Shown in pieces: positions 44,838 through 56,608 of a stretch of DNA of 64,000 nt (the stretch's first letter is position 1; the number at the start of each line of letters is the position of its first letter). The stretch is from Macrostomum lignano (taxonomy: Eukaryota). Below the pieces are notes generated by a model, which was not told where the DNA came from, did no database searches, and was given only the letters and a program-made list of their open reading frames with translations. A program made the position numbers and the translations under genes. The stretch is taken from positions 62,001 to 126,000 of the forward strand of contig NIVC01002022.1 of the NCBI GenBank assembly GCA_002269645.1, written 5' to 3'.

Positions 44838-47800
44838 TTCTGAATGTCTGTCTGTCTGTCTGTCTTTCTGTATGTATGTCTGTCTGCCTATCTGTCTGTC
44901 TATCTGTCCGTCTGTCTGTCTATCTGTCTTAGTCTCCGTCACAAAATATTTGTCTTGTCTGCTTTAGTCTGTTTAGTTTTTATCAGTCTGTCTGTGATGC
45001 ATCTGCGCTGTAGATGTACATTAGTTTGCTTGTTATGCGCACTATCGGCTTCTATCTGTGCATTTCTCTGCATTGCATTTGTCCCAGTCTTGCGAGTCCA
45101 TTCAGTGTCGCTGTGAACACATCTCCAGACCGAGCTGCTAGACGAGATGCTCTTCAGCGGCTTAGACGCCATCCTCATCAAAGTGGCCGCCTACGGCCTG
45201 TCGCCAAAGCGCCATCTGGGTCGCCGCCTTGTCGACATTCGCGACGAACTTGTGCGCCTGGCCGCTCCGGCCGCCGGCGGCCTGAGTCCGTGCGGCGAGG
45301 GCGGCGAATATGAGACCCTGGCGTTGGACTGTCCTCTGTTTAAGCACGGCCGAATTGTGCTTGACAACGGGCACTTGACTGCGGCGGGTACGGATAGTCG
45401 GGTGGTTGTGCATAGCGACGATGCTTTTGCTCCGGTGTGCTATTTGAAGCTGACTGGCTGTTGTCGGCTTGGCGAGCCCAAGGTAAGTTTGATGGTTGTA
45501 TTTCCTAATTTAGCTTGAATCCACGGTATCTCAGTGTAGCTTAGCTGTGATTGGTGCAGAGTCCATCTAATTTGGGAGTATCTCAGTGTAGCTTAGCTGT
45601 GATTGGTGCAGATTCAATCTAATTTGGGAGTATCTCAGTGTAGCTTGACTGTAATAGGTGCAGATTCAATCTAATTTGGGAGTATCTCAGTGTAGCTTAG
45701 CTGTGATTAGTGCAGATTCAATCTAATTTGGGAGTATCTCAGTGTAGCTTAGCTGTGATTGGTGCAGAGTCAATCTAATTTGGGAATATCTCAGTGTAGC
45801 TTGACTGTAATAGGTGCAGATCAGATTCAATCTAATTTGGGAGTATCTCAGTGTAGCTTGACTGTAATAGGTGCAGACTCAATCTAATTTGGGAGTATCT
45901 CAGTGTAGCTTAGCTGTGATTGGTGCAGAGTCAATCTAATTTGGGAGTATCTCAGTGTAGCTTAGCTGTGATTGGTGCAGATTCAATCTAATTTGGGAGT
46001 ATCTCAGTGTAGCTTAGCTGTGATTGGTGCAGATTCAATCTAATTTGGGAGTATCTCAGTGTAGCTTAGCTGTGATTGGTGCAGATTCAATCTAATTTGG
46101 GAGTATCTCAGTGTAGCTTAGCTGTGATTGGTGCAGATTCAATCTAATTTGGGAGTATCTCAGTGTAGCTTAGCTGTGATTGGTGCAGATTCAATCTAAT
46201 TTGGGAGTATTTCAGTGTAGCTTAGCTGTAATAGGTGCAGATTCAATCTAATTTGGGAGTATCTCAGTGTAGCTTAGCTGTAATAGGTGCAGATTCAATC
46301 TAATTTGGGAGTATCTCAGTGTAGCTTAGCTGTGATTGGTGCAGACTCAATCTAATTTGGGAGTATCTCAGTGTAGCTTAGCTGTGATTGGTGCAGATTC
46401 AATCTAATTTGGGAGTATCTCAGTGTAGCTTAGCTGTGATTGGTGCAGATTCAATCTAATTTGGGAGTATCTCAGTGTAGCTTAGCTGTGATTGGTGCAG
46501 ATTCAATCTAATTTGGGAGTATCTCAGTGTAGCTTAGCTGTAATAGGTGCAGATTCAATCTAATTTGGGAGTATCTCAGTGTAGCTTAGCTGTAATAGGT
46601 GCAGATTCAATCTAATTTGGGAGTATCTCAGTGTAGCTTAGCTGTGATTGGTGCAGACTCAATCTAATTTGGGAGTATCTCAGTGTAGCTTAGCTGTGAT
46701 TGGTGCAGATTCAATCTAATTTGGGAGTATCTCAGTGTAGCTTAGCTGTGATTGGTGCAGATTCAATCTAATTTGGGAGTATCTCAGTGTAGCTTAGCTG
46801 TGATTGGTGCAGATTCAATCTAATTTGGGAGTATTTCAGTGTAGCTTAGCTGTGATTGGTGCAGATTCAATCTAATTTGGGAGTATCTCAGTGTAGCTTA
46901 GCTGTAATAGGTGCAGATTCAATCTAATTTGGGAGTATCTCAGTGTAGCTTGACTGTAATAGGTGCAGATTCAATCTAATTTGGGAGTATCTCAGTGTAG
47001 CTTAGCTGTGATTGGTGCAGATTCAATCTAATTTGGGAGTATCTCAGTGTAGCTTAGCTGTGATTGGTGCAGATTCAATCTAATTTGGGAGTATCTCAGT
47101 GTAGCTTAGCTGTGATTGGTGCAGAGTCAATCTAATTTGGGAGTATCTCAGTGTAGCTTAGCTGTGATTGGTGCAGATTCAATCTAATTTGGGAGTATTT
47201 CAGTGTAGCTTAGCTGTAATAGGTGCAGATTCAATCTAATTTGGGAGTATCTCAGTGTAGCTTAGCTGTAATAGGTGCAGATTCAATCTAATTTGGGAGT
47301 ATCTCAGTGTAGCTTAGCTGTGATTGGTGCAGACTCAATCTAATTTGGGAGTATCTCAGTGTAGCTTAGCTGTGATTGGTGCAGATTCAATCTAATTTGG
47401 GAGTATTTCAGTGTAGCTTAGCTGTGATTGGTGCAGATTCAATCTAATTTGGGAGTATCTCAGTGTAGCTTAGCTGTGATTGGTGCAGATTCAATCTAAT
47501 TTGGGAGTATCTCAGTGTAGCTTAGCTGTGATTGGTGCAGATTCAATCTAATTTGGGAGTATCTCAGTGTAGCTTAGCTGTGATTGGTGCAGATTCAATC
47601 TAATTTGGGAGTATTTCAGTGTAGCTTAGCTGTGATTGGTGCAGATTCAATCTAATTTGGGAGTATCTCAGTGTAGCTTAGCTGTAATAGGTGCAGATTC
47701 AATCTAATTTGGGAGTATCTCAGTGTAGCTTGACTGTAATAGGTGCAGATTCAATCTAATTTGGGAGTATCTCAGTGTAGCTTAGCTGTGATTGGTGCAG

Positions 47801-50494
47801 ATTCAATCTAATTTGGGAGTATCTCAGTGTAGCTTAGCTGTGATTGGTGCAGATTCAATCTAATTTAAGAGATCTCAGTGTAGCTCAGTTGTGATTGGTG
47901 CAGAGTCAATCTAATTTAAGAGATCTCAGTGTAGCTTAGCTGTGATTGGTGCAGAGTCAATCTAATTTAAGAGATCTCAGTGTAGCTCAGTTGTGATTGG
48001 TGCAGAGTCAATCTAATTTAAGAGATCTCAGTGTAGCTTAGCTGTGATTGGTGCAGAGTCAATCTAATTTAAGAGATCTCAGTGTAGCTTAGCTGTGATT
48101 GGTGCAGAGTCAATCTAATTTAAGAGATCTCAGTGTAGCTCAGTTGTGATTGGTGCAGAGTCAATCTAATTTAAGAGATCTCAGTGTAGCTTAGCTGTGA
48201 TTGGTGCAGAGTCAATCTAATTTAAGAGATCTCAGTGTAGCTCAGTTGTGATTGGTGCAGAGTCAATCTAATTTAAGAGATCTCAGTGTAGCTCAGTTGT
48301 GATTGGTGCAGAGTCAATCTAATTTAAGAGATCTCAGTGTAGCTCAGTTGTGATTGGTGCAGAGTCAATCTAATTTAAGAGATCTTAGTGTAGCTCAGTT
48401 GTGATTGGTGCAGAGTCAATCTAATTTGGGAGTATCTCAGTGTAGCTTAGCTGTGATTGGTGCAGATTCAATCTAATTTAAGAGATCTCAGTGTAGCTCA
48501 GTTGTGATTGGTGCAGAGTCAATCTAATTTGGGAGTATCTCAGTGTAGCTCAGTTGTGATTGGTGCAGAGTCAATCTAATTTAAGAGATCTCAGTGTAGC
48601 TCAGTTGTGATTGGTGCAGAGTCAATCTAATTTAAGAGATCTCAGTGTAGCTCAGTTGTGATTGGTGCAGAGTCAATCTGTACTATTATATACTTTGTTT
48701 CTGATAAAATTGATCACTATTCTCAGGCTGGTCTCGAAGAGTTCAGTGCAAAGCAACTATCGCCTATCGATCGCATATCGCCCGCTGTAATCGAACGAGA
48801 ATTTCAAATCGACGCCAAAAACTATCCCAATTCACGCGGAGGTTCGTTGTATTGTGATGATGATTCAAACGATTTGCCTTCATTGAAATTGTCAGTTATC
48901 AATGTTCAAGTTGCTGAACAAAGCGGCGAAATCTCTGTTGCTGAGATGGCCAAGTTATTGATGTCGAAAGCTAATGCTGCAATCCAGGCTGCTGGAGGTG
49001 AGCAGTCGGCTGAGATGCGACCTCTGCTGTGTGTTTTGACAGTAAGTTATAGTTTATGTCGTTGGTTTACACATTATATATTGATTGAAGGGTGTTTGTA
49101 GCTTAGTGATTAGAGCGTTTGACTCAGGACTGAAAGGTCGTGGGTTCGATTCTTGACCAAATAGAAACAATTTGTGCCCTTATCGAGCAAGACGCTTAAC
49201 TCTGCATTGCTTCAGTTGCCTCAAAATGGGGTAAGCTAGAATAAACTGGGGTAATTGAGGGTGTGTGTGGCGACCCTTCAGTCCTTGGACTGAATAGCCG
49301 TACGCAGCCTTCAGATGCGCCGCGTAATAGCTGCGACTGAGTTGTCGGTTGCACATTATCTTTCCATTAAAGCTGGTGTAATCAAGTATTATAGTTATTA
49401 TTGAGTGCTCAACTGTCTCTTAATTTTCCAAATCCCCAAAGCCCATACAAAACCTCACTGCAAACATTTCCGCTAGTGAAAACTACTCATAGTAGTTTAA
49501 TTAAAAGAAAGAACTTCTAAGAAATCGTTCTCCTTGGTTTTTCGTTTTCATCAAGCAGTGCAACAACGATCGTATACTCGCTCACACAGGGTGTACAGCA
49601 CAATAAGTCTTGAATTAAAAACTATTCCAGGTGCCAGACATGTCATCATTCGCGTTAGTCAACTATGTCTATGGTTCGCCAGAGCTCGGCTTTGCCAGCC
49701 GGCCGGGCTATCGATCGCCGCCAGCGCGAGCTTGCGTTGAACTGGCAACAGCAGCGTCTGAAGTGATGTCGGCTTCAATCCTAGTCTTAGAAGAGGATAA
49801 GGGATCCGATGCCTCAACAGTGGCCGCTATGCACGTGCGCAGCCGGAGTCACTGGGCCCCGGCCAACATTGGTCCGTATAGTCAGTGTATTGCATTAGCT
49901 AATCATCGATTGTTATTAATATCCGGTCAGATTGCTATGGATCCGGCTACGCTGGAGATTCCACTAGGCTCCAGTGCTCAGTGGCAAGCCGATTTGTCCT
50001 TGCGTCATACTCTACGAGTAGCCCGTGCCAATGGTTATCAAGGACGCTTTGGTAGTGGTAGTAACGACTGTAGTTTGTTTATCTGCTTTGGTTTAGATGC
50101 CGACTGTCTGTCTGCCGGTGTTGATAGCTTTCAACGATTGATCTGTCGGGAAAATTCCAGTCGTCTAGTGCTGCCTGCACTCTGCACCGGTCTGCCTAAA
50201 GGTGCCAAAGTCGAATGGCTCACCTTTTTAGTTAATGCCAACGATGATACATTAACTACTAGCATTGAATATGTTGACGAATTGGATGATGTCACGACGC
50301 TAATTTCCCGTTGGCAACGAGGTGCTAAAAATAGTCTGGCAGTGTGTCTGGTCAATGAGACTGCACTAGCTGGGCAGAGCTACGATCTATCATCTAGCAT
50401 TGCCGGCTTTCCTGTACTGCAGATCCGTTGCCATGGGTTTCTAAGCCAACGATATGGCAACTCTGCTGCCGTTGTTGCTAGGCTGAATTTCTAA
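43608..50494 (+). CDS. DPH6: Diphthine--ammonia ligase with C-terminal RidA/YjgF-like domains, 5 exons, about 660 aa
   Basis: Exons 43608..43859, 44355..44552, 45129..45482, 48727..49041 and 49631..50494, all phase-0 GT-AG joins. Motifs: [105 protein letters not shown]-like [10 protein letters not shown]. The Dph6-RidA fusion is established in fungi, plants and many invertebrates. Confidence 0.94.
44040..44330. repeat. Minisatellite, 28-bp unit TCATTTAGTGAGTGCCATTTCCCTTAGG (DPH6 intron 1)
   Basis: About 10 tandem copies. Confidence 0.93.
44650..44940. repeat. (CTGT)n-rich microsatellite (DPH6 intron 2)
   Basis: Degenerate GTCT tetramer runs. Confidence 0.9.
45528..48677. repeat. Large minisatellite, 52-bp unit GTATCTCAGTGTAGCTTAGCTGTGATTGGTGCAGATTCAATCTAATTTGGGA, about 60 copies (DPH6 intron 3)
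   Basis: Occupies nearly the whole 45483..48726 intron. It switches to a TTTAAGAGATC variant after about 47865. Confidence 0.98.
49090..49355 (+). mobile_element. tRNA-derived CORE-like SINE in DPH6 intron 4
   Basis: A box TGTAGCTTAGTGATTAG and B box GGGTTCGATTC, then TGTGCCCTTATCGAGCAAGACGCTTAACTCTGCATTGCTTCAGTTGCCTCAAAATGGGG, which resembles the remembered MIR/CORE domain. Perfect hairpin TTCAGTCC-TT-GGACTGAA near the 3' end. Confidence 0.7.
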
Positions 50495-50710
50495 ATCAGC
50501 TAGCTTGAAGGTTGTTTGTTTGTTATTAGCATTTTAGACTTGAATGTTGAATGTTAATACTGTTATTACTATTTATTGATAGTTTAAATATGGTGCAATA
50601 TAAATTATTAAATACAATTGATTTAGTCTTCCTCTAATAGTGATTTTGTTTTTTTGATTACAATATAATCTTTTCATTTATTTAGTTTGAAGCCAATTTT
50701 AGGGTGAGAA

Positions 50711-51095
50711 GGGTCCGTAGATCAGTAGTCTAGCGTGGCGCTCGGACGTGCCAGCGGCCCAGGCTCGATTCCAAGTGCAGTCACATTAATTTGGGGCTGA
50801 ATTGGAATCTCGGCTTGGCTCGGCTCATGCAATTAACGACCCTGAGGCCCAACCCCCAAGGCACAGTGAGGTGTACATGCATAGGGCCGCTGTACACTCC
50901 TGTGTGTGTGTGTGCCTGTGCGTATGACTGCGTACGTATCCGCGCGCTTGTGTGCCTGCTCAGGGCAGTCGGCAGAATGGGCAGCAATGCCTCTCACCAA
51001 TTATGTGCCTCTCACCGGTTATGTGCCTCTCACCGGTTGTGTGACAATGTCGCTTAAAGTGCGCCAGGTGCACACAGGCCCCCTGACTCTAACTA
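50711..51095 (+). mobile_element. tRNA-derived SINE, family A (most complete copy)
   Basis: tRNA-like head GGGTCCGTAGATCAGTAGTCTAGCG..GGCTCGATTCC (A and B boxes). The body and 3' part (GGCCAACCCCCA..GTGTACATGC..TGTGACAATGTCGCTT..GTGCGCC) are shared with copies at 13313, 19983, 17760 and 8965. Confidence 0.8.
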
Positions 51096-51429
51096 AGAAA
51101 GTGATAGCGTGGGAAGTAAGTTTTCGTTCTCTGAGTTTTTTAAAAAGATTTTTGAAAACAAAATAAGCTCGTTATTGTATAAGAATAAGTAGAAGAACTT
51201 GGTTCGTATGTAAATATAATTAGTTTTTTGCAGCGGGTCACTTCACTCTTATTTCGATCCACGGTTAACGTCAGCCAGGCGAGACCAGAACTAGTTAATT
51301 AATTGCTTATTGAATTTAATTATAGTGGACAGACTGAAGTTGACAAAATGACTGCTTGATCTGTACGGTTAGACAGCCTATAATGTGGATAAAACATGCA
51401 GACAGATCAGCAAAATTTGAACTAAATAA

Positions 51430-52055
51430 CATCCAAACTTTAGCAAGAATCGCCCTAAAAACCTCAGCAAGAATCGCCCTAAAAATCTCAGCAAGAATCG
51501 CCCTAAAAATCTCAGCAAGAATCGCCCTAAAAATCTCACCAAGAATCGCCCTAAAAATCTCAGCAAGAATCGCCCTAAAAATCTCAGCAAGAATCGCCTT
51601 AAAAATCTCAGCAAGAATCGCCCTAAAAATCTCAGCAAGAATCGCCCTAAAATCTCAGCAAGAATCGCCTTAAAAATCTCAGCAAGAATCGCCCTAAAAA
51701 TCTCAGCAAGAATCGCCCTAAAAATCTCAGCAAGAATCGCCTTAAAAATCTCAGCAAGAATCGCCTTAAAAATCTCAGCAAGAATCGCCCTAAAAATCTC
51801 AGCAAGAATCGCCTTAAAAATCTCAGCAAGAATCGCCCTAAAAATCTCAGCAAGAATCGCCCTAAAAAATCTCAGCAAGAATCGCCCTAAAAATCTCAGC
51901 AAGAATCGCCTTAAAAATCTCAGCAAGAATCGCCCTAAAAATCTCAGCAAGAATCGCCCTAAAAAATCTCTGCAAGAATCGCCCTAAAAATCTCAGCAAG
52001 AATCGCCCTAAAAAATCTCAGCAAGAATCGCCCTAAAAATTTCAGCAAGAATCGC
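51430..52055. repeat. Minisatellite, 24-bp unit AAGAATCGCCCTAAAAATCTCAGC
   Basis: About 26 copies between DPH6 and ACBD5. Confidence 0.97.
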
Positions 52056-52268
52056 TCCCAAATTGAAGTACAATATTAAGTAATTTTTATAGCATTTTAC
52101 AACCAATCGCTCATTTCGGCATAGATCTTGAAGTAATTTGAATGATTTTATTACAAATTTCTGCTCATCTTCAAGCGATTGTCAATCAGTGAGTTCAGTG
52201 AATCAAAAAAGCTCCTATAACTGTACTGTATTCGAAGTGTGAAATTAAGCTCTGCTGTAAATTAAGCC

Positions 52269-53612
52269 ATGTCAGCAGACACCAGTCCAGACTCCCAGCA
52301 TCGTAATGCCTCATCTCGCAGTCCGCTAGCCCAGTTCGAGGCCGCTGTACAAGTTGTTGACAGTCTGCCGCGCGGCTCATCTAGCCAATCGGTTGCTATG
52401 CAAGGTTTCAAGCCGTCAACGGATTTAATGCTTCGCTTCTATGCTCTATATAAGCAGGCTAGTAACGGTCCCTGCCAGCAGCCAAGGCCGGCATTCTGGG
52501 ATCTGATTGGCAAAATGAAATGGGATGCCTGGCGCGCGCTAGGCGACATGCCTCGCGAACGCGCCATGCTGGAATATTCTCGCCAGCTTCGCACTGTGAT
52601 TGAAAGCCTGCCAAACTCGTCTCCAGCTGTTAGCGGACTAATTGACAAAGTTGCCAACTTCTATAGGCTTGTTGACGATGATGATGATGATCAGGAGTCT
52701 GAGGTTAAACTCGGCCTATTATTAGCCAATCGGATTCGATGTCGAAGCGGCGGTCATTTGGATGCAGAATCAGCCGCCGCCGCAGATTTAGATGTCAATT
52801 CCAATTTTCTAACGCAATCGTTGCCGCCTAAAATCACTAGTAGTAGTAGTAATGATAATAGGAATGGCTTTCTAAGAAATAGTCAGCCTAATCCGCGCCG
52901 GAGACAAGCGTCGGAAACGTCAGTTTGGCCTGCGGCGGCGGTAGTGGCGTCAGCTGCTGTCGATCCAGAACATCCCGACCGAGGCGGCGGCGGCAGCAGC
53001 AGCAGCAGCGACAGCGACAATGACGAATTCTGCGATTCCTACGACAATTTTGTACAGCCATTTGGCGATGATCAGCCGGGTGACGTCACCGGCGGTCAGC
53101 AGCCTTCGACTTCACCTTCATCTGCATCTGCCTCAGGCGGCGGCGGTCACCAATCAGCTGGGCGTCGTCAAGGTCGTCAGCAGCAGCAACAACTGCCTTC
53201 GGCTTCTAGCTTCGAGAATAGCAACGGGTTGTCATGGCAACCGCCGCCGCCGCCGCCGCCGCCTGATCCTACTGGCCGCTCGGCAGCTGCTGCATCGAGC
53301 TTCGAACTTGAGCGCGAACTAGTCGGCCAACTGAGGCACATCCGAGCCGCTCTGGATCGTCTGTCCGGTGATCTTGGGCAGATTCACACCCGTCTAGACA
53401 GGCTAGAACGAACTAGTCATAAAAGTGCATTGTCGGACAGCTCCGGCAGTTTCTACTGCTGGTTTCAGCGGTGGCTGTTCAGCGGCAGGGGTGTCGGCGG
53501 CTTGTCGGTACCGGCGCTGCTGCTGCTGCTGGCCTGGCCTGTGCTCGTCCAGCTGCTATGGCGGCTGCCCTGGAGACGGCTGCGACAGAGGAGGGGTCGG
53601 TTGACCCTCTGA
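52269..53612 (+). CDS. ACBD5: Acyl-CoA-binding domain protein, ACBD5/ACBD4-like peroxisomal tail-anchored tether, single exon, 447 aa
   Basis: ACB domain FEAAV..LRFYALYKQAS.GPC..PRPAFWD.IGKMKWDAW. Acidic FFAT-like SSSSSDSDNDEFCDSYDNF, a coiled coil LVGQL..LDRLE, and a C-terminal hydrophobic LLLLLAWPVLVQLLW followed by a basic tail. This domain order matches ACBD5. Confidence 0.88.
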   Translation: MSADTSPDSQHRNASSRSPLAQFEAAVQVVDSLPRGSSSQSVAMQGFKPSTDLMLRFYALYKQASNGPCQQPRPAFWDLIGKMKWDAWRALGDMPRERAMLEYSRQLRTVIESLPNSSPAVSGLIDKVANFYRLVDDDDDDQESEVKLGLLLANRIRCRSGGHLDAESAAAADLDVNSNFLTQSLPPKITSSSSNDNRNGFLRNSQPNPRRRQASETSVWPAAAVVASAAVDPEHPDRGGGGSSSSSDSDNDEFCDSYDNFVQPFGDDQPGDVTGGQQPSTSPSSASASGGGGHQSAGRRQGRQQQQQLPSASSFENSNGLSWQPPPPPPPPDPTGRSAAAASSFELERELVGQLRHIRAALDRLSGDLGQIHTRLDRLERTSHKSALSDSSGSFYCWFQRWLFSGRGVGGLSVPALLLLLAWPVLVQLLWRLPWRRLRQRRGRLTL

Positions 53613-53669
53613 TCCCTCAGGTGGCTGGCTGAACGGTCGGTGCGATTATTGGTGAGAATGTGATGGCCA

Positions 53670-54330
53670 TGATTCTAAGAAATCATTAAAGATTCTGTAA
53701 TGGTTAGAATTCTAAGAATTCACCCCAATCATGATTCTGTAATGGTTAGAATTCTAAGAAATCATCCAATCAAGATTCTGTGATGGATAGGATTCTAAGA
53801 AATCAGTCAAGATTCTGAGATGGTTAGGATTCTAAGAAATCACTCAAGATTCTGAGATGGTTAGGATTCTAAGAAATCACTCAAGATTCTGAGATGGTTA
53901 GGATTCTAAGAAATCACTCAAGATTCTGAGATGGTTAGGATTCTAAGAAATCACTTAAGATTCTGTGATGGCCAGGATTCTAAGAAATCACTCAAGATTT
54001 TGTAATGGCTAGGATTCTAAGAAATCACCCAATCAAGATTCTGTGATGGATAGGATCCTAAGAAATAACCCAATCAAGATTCTGTGATGGATCAGATTCT
54101 AAGAAATCATCCAATCAAGATTCTGTGATGGATAGGATTCTAAGAAATCACCCAATCAAGATTCTGTGATGGATAGGATTCTAAGAAATCACTCAATCAA
54201 GATTTTGTGATGGATAGGATTCTAAGAAATCACTCAATCAAGATTCTGTGATGGATAGGATTCTAAGAAATCACCGAATCAAGATTCTGTGATGGATCAT
54301 GATCAGATTGTAAGAAATCACTCAATCAAT
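53670..54330. repeat. Minisatellite, about 37-41-bp unit GATTCTAAGAAATCACTCAA(TCAA)GATTCTGTGATGGATAG
   Basis: Tandem array starting about 60 bp after the ACBD5 stop codon. Confidence 0.94.
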
Positions 54331-54714
54331 ATTTTTCGAAGGCCAGAAGCTCACTCAAATATTACTAACATTTTTTAAAATATTCTAAATTAGCCAGTGT
54401 TTTCGCCTCGCTTTTTCAGACTTGGATTGGACACAAATATTGAGGCTTACACAGACAAGCTTTTGTCGCTCCTACAGTCTCCCTCACAGTGTGGTGTTGC
54501 AATGATTCTTAATGTCTTATTTTAGCCTGACAAAAATACTCTTGTGCTGTCTTTCGTTAATTTGCCTGTAATTTTCCCCGTGTTTTGTACTGCAAATAGC
54601 TTTGAGACTATCCTCAAAAATGATTTTGTGATTAGGCGATTAAGTCTCTATTCTTCTGTCTCTTGTTTTCTATTGATTTCCGAATAATTTTTTACAAGCT
54701 TTGAACTTTTATCT

Positions 54715-55145
54715 CTGCTACCCTCCCTCAGAGTCCTTCATTTGGTAACTGCTACCCTCCCTCAGAGTCCTTCATTTGGTAACTGCTACCCTCCCTCAGA
54801 GTCCTTCATTTGGTAACTGCTACCCTCCCTCAGAGTCCTTCATTTGATCACTGCTACCCTCCGTCAGAGTCCTTCATTTGATCACTGCTACCCTCCGTCA
54901 GAGTCCTTCATTTGATCACTGCTACCCTCCCTCAGAGTCCTTCATTTGATCACTGCTACCCTCCGTCAGAGTCCTTCATTTGATCACTGCTACCCTCCCT
55001 CAGAGTCATTCATTTGGTCACTGCTACCCTCCCTCAGATTTCTTCATTTGGTAACTGCTACCCTCCCTCAGAGTCCTTCATTTGGTCACTGCTACCCTCC
55101 CTCAGATTTCTTCATTTGGTAACTGCTACCCTCCCTCAAAGAGTC
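54715..55145. repeat. Minisatellite, 34-bp unit CTTCATTTGGTAACTGCTACCCTCCCTCAGAGTC
   Basis: About 12 tandem copies. Confidence 0.95.
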
Positions 55146-55739
55146 ATTTATTGGTTCTACACTAGAGTTAAACCATCCAATTTTATGCAGTCATATTTTA
55201 ATTTATGATTTCAGTAGATTAACTATAATTTATGCATAGGTTTAGGTCCCTATAGTATGCGCAGTCAACTTACCCCGAGAGCTTGTATATTGTAGGTCCT
55301 GTAAGGCAAAATCCTTTTTCTCAATCATTCAAATCGTATCCATTGGTCTTTTGCGCATAATTTTCAGTATTTCTTCATGCATATTTTTGTAATTCGTATT
55401 AATTCTAATTTAGTACGTGTAATAACAGTATAAAAACGTGGCTAATAAGTGATTAATATAATTGCGAGATCTATTGTCATCTAATAGGCTTACACCCCAA
55501 CCCTGTAATTTCAATATCTATTACTCAACACTTGTGTATATTCGTAGTTTTACGCATCTATGCTGCGTTTATAAGCTAGTATAATGCGTTAACTTTTGTC
55601 TGCTGTCATATTCAGAATTATATGTGACTTTATCTCTGTTGATTGTTGTTGGTTAACTATTTGTACTGTCTTCAAGCGTTTTTTTATAAATTTATTAGAA
55701 TTCCTGTCAGGTAGGTCAAGTAGTAACGCTCAGAATTTG

Positions 55740-56520
55740 GTGTCAGATGGATCATTAATAAGTGTCAGGATTTAGTGTCAGATGGATCATTAATAAGTGT
55801 CAGGATTTAGTGTCAAATGGGTCATTAGTAAGTGTCAGGATTCAGTGTCAGATAAGGTCATTAAAAAGTGTCAGGATTTAGTGTCAGATGGATCATTAAT
55901 AAGTGTCAGGATTTAGTGTCAGATGGATCATTAATAAGTGTCAGGATTTAGTGTCAGATGGATCATTAATAAGTGTCAGGATTCAGTGTCAGATGGATCA
56001 TTAATAAGTGTCAGGATTCAGTGTCAGATGGATCGTTAATAAGTGTCAAGATTCAGTGTCAGATGGATCATTAATAAGTGTCAGGATTCAGTGTCAGATG
56101 GATCATTAATAAGTGTCAGGATTCAGTGTCAGATGGATCGTTAATAAGTGTCAAGATTCAGTGTCAGATGGATCATTAATAAGTGTCAGGATTCAGTGTC
56201 AGATGGATCGTTAATAAGTGTCAGGATTCAGTGTCAGATGGATCATTAATAAGTGTCAGGATTCAGTGTCAGATGGATCATTAATAAGTGTCAGGATTTA
56301 GTGTCAGATAGATCTTTAATAATAAGTGTCAGGATTTACTGTCAGATGGATCATTAATAAGTTTCAGGATTTACTGTCAGATGGATCATTAATAAGTTTC
56401 AGGATTTACTGTCAGATGGATCATTAATAAGTTTCAGGATTTAGTATCAGATGGATCATTAATAAGTGTCAGGATTCAGTGTCAGATGGATCATTAAAAA
56501 GTGTCAGGATTTAGTGTCAG
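55740..56520. repeat. Minisatellite, 35-bp unit GTGTCAGATGGATCATTAATAAGTGTCAGGATTTA
   Basis: About 22 copies, ending about 90 bp upstream of the beta-catenin ATG. Confidence 0.96.
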
Positions 56521-56608
56521 CTGCCACTAGTGTCAGAACCCGTTAGATTTAGGTATATTTTTTTGCCACAATAAATTGCATGCCGTCTAATCCAAAGCTG
56601 TCAGCAAC

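Noticed and set aside
49090-50775. tRNA genes at 49090 and 50711
   Set aside because: A/B boxes are present but I could not fold a full cloverleaf, and both continue into SINE bodies.
51356-51950. Amphipathic-looking repeat ORFs
   Set aside because: Artefact of the 24-bp tandem repeat.
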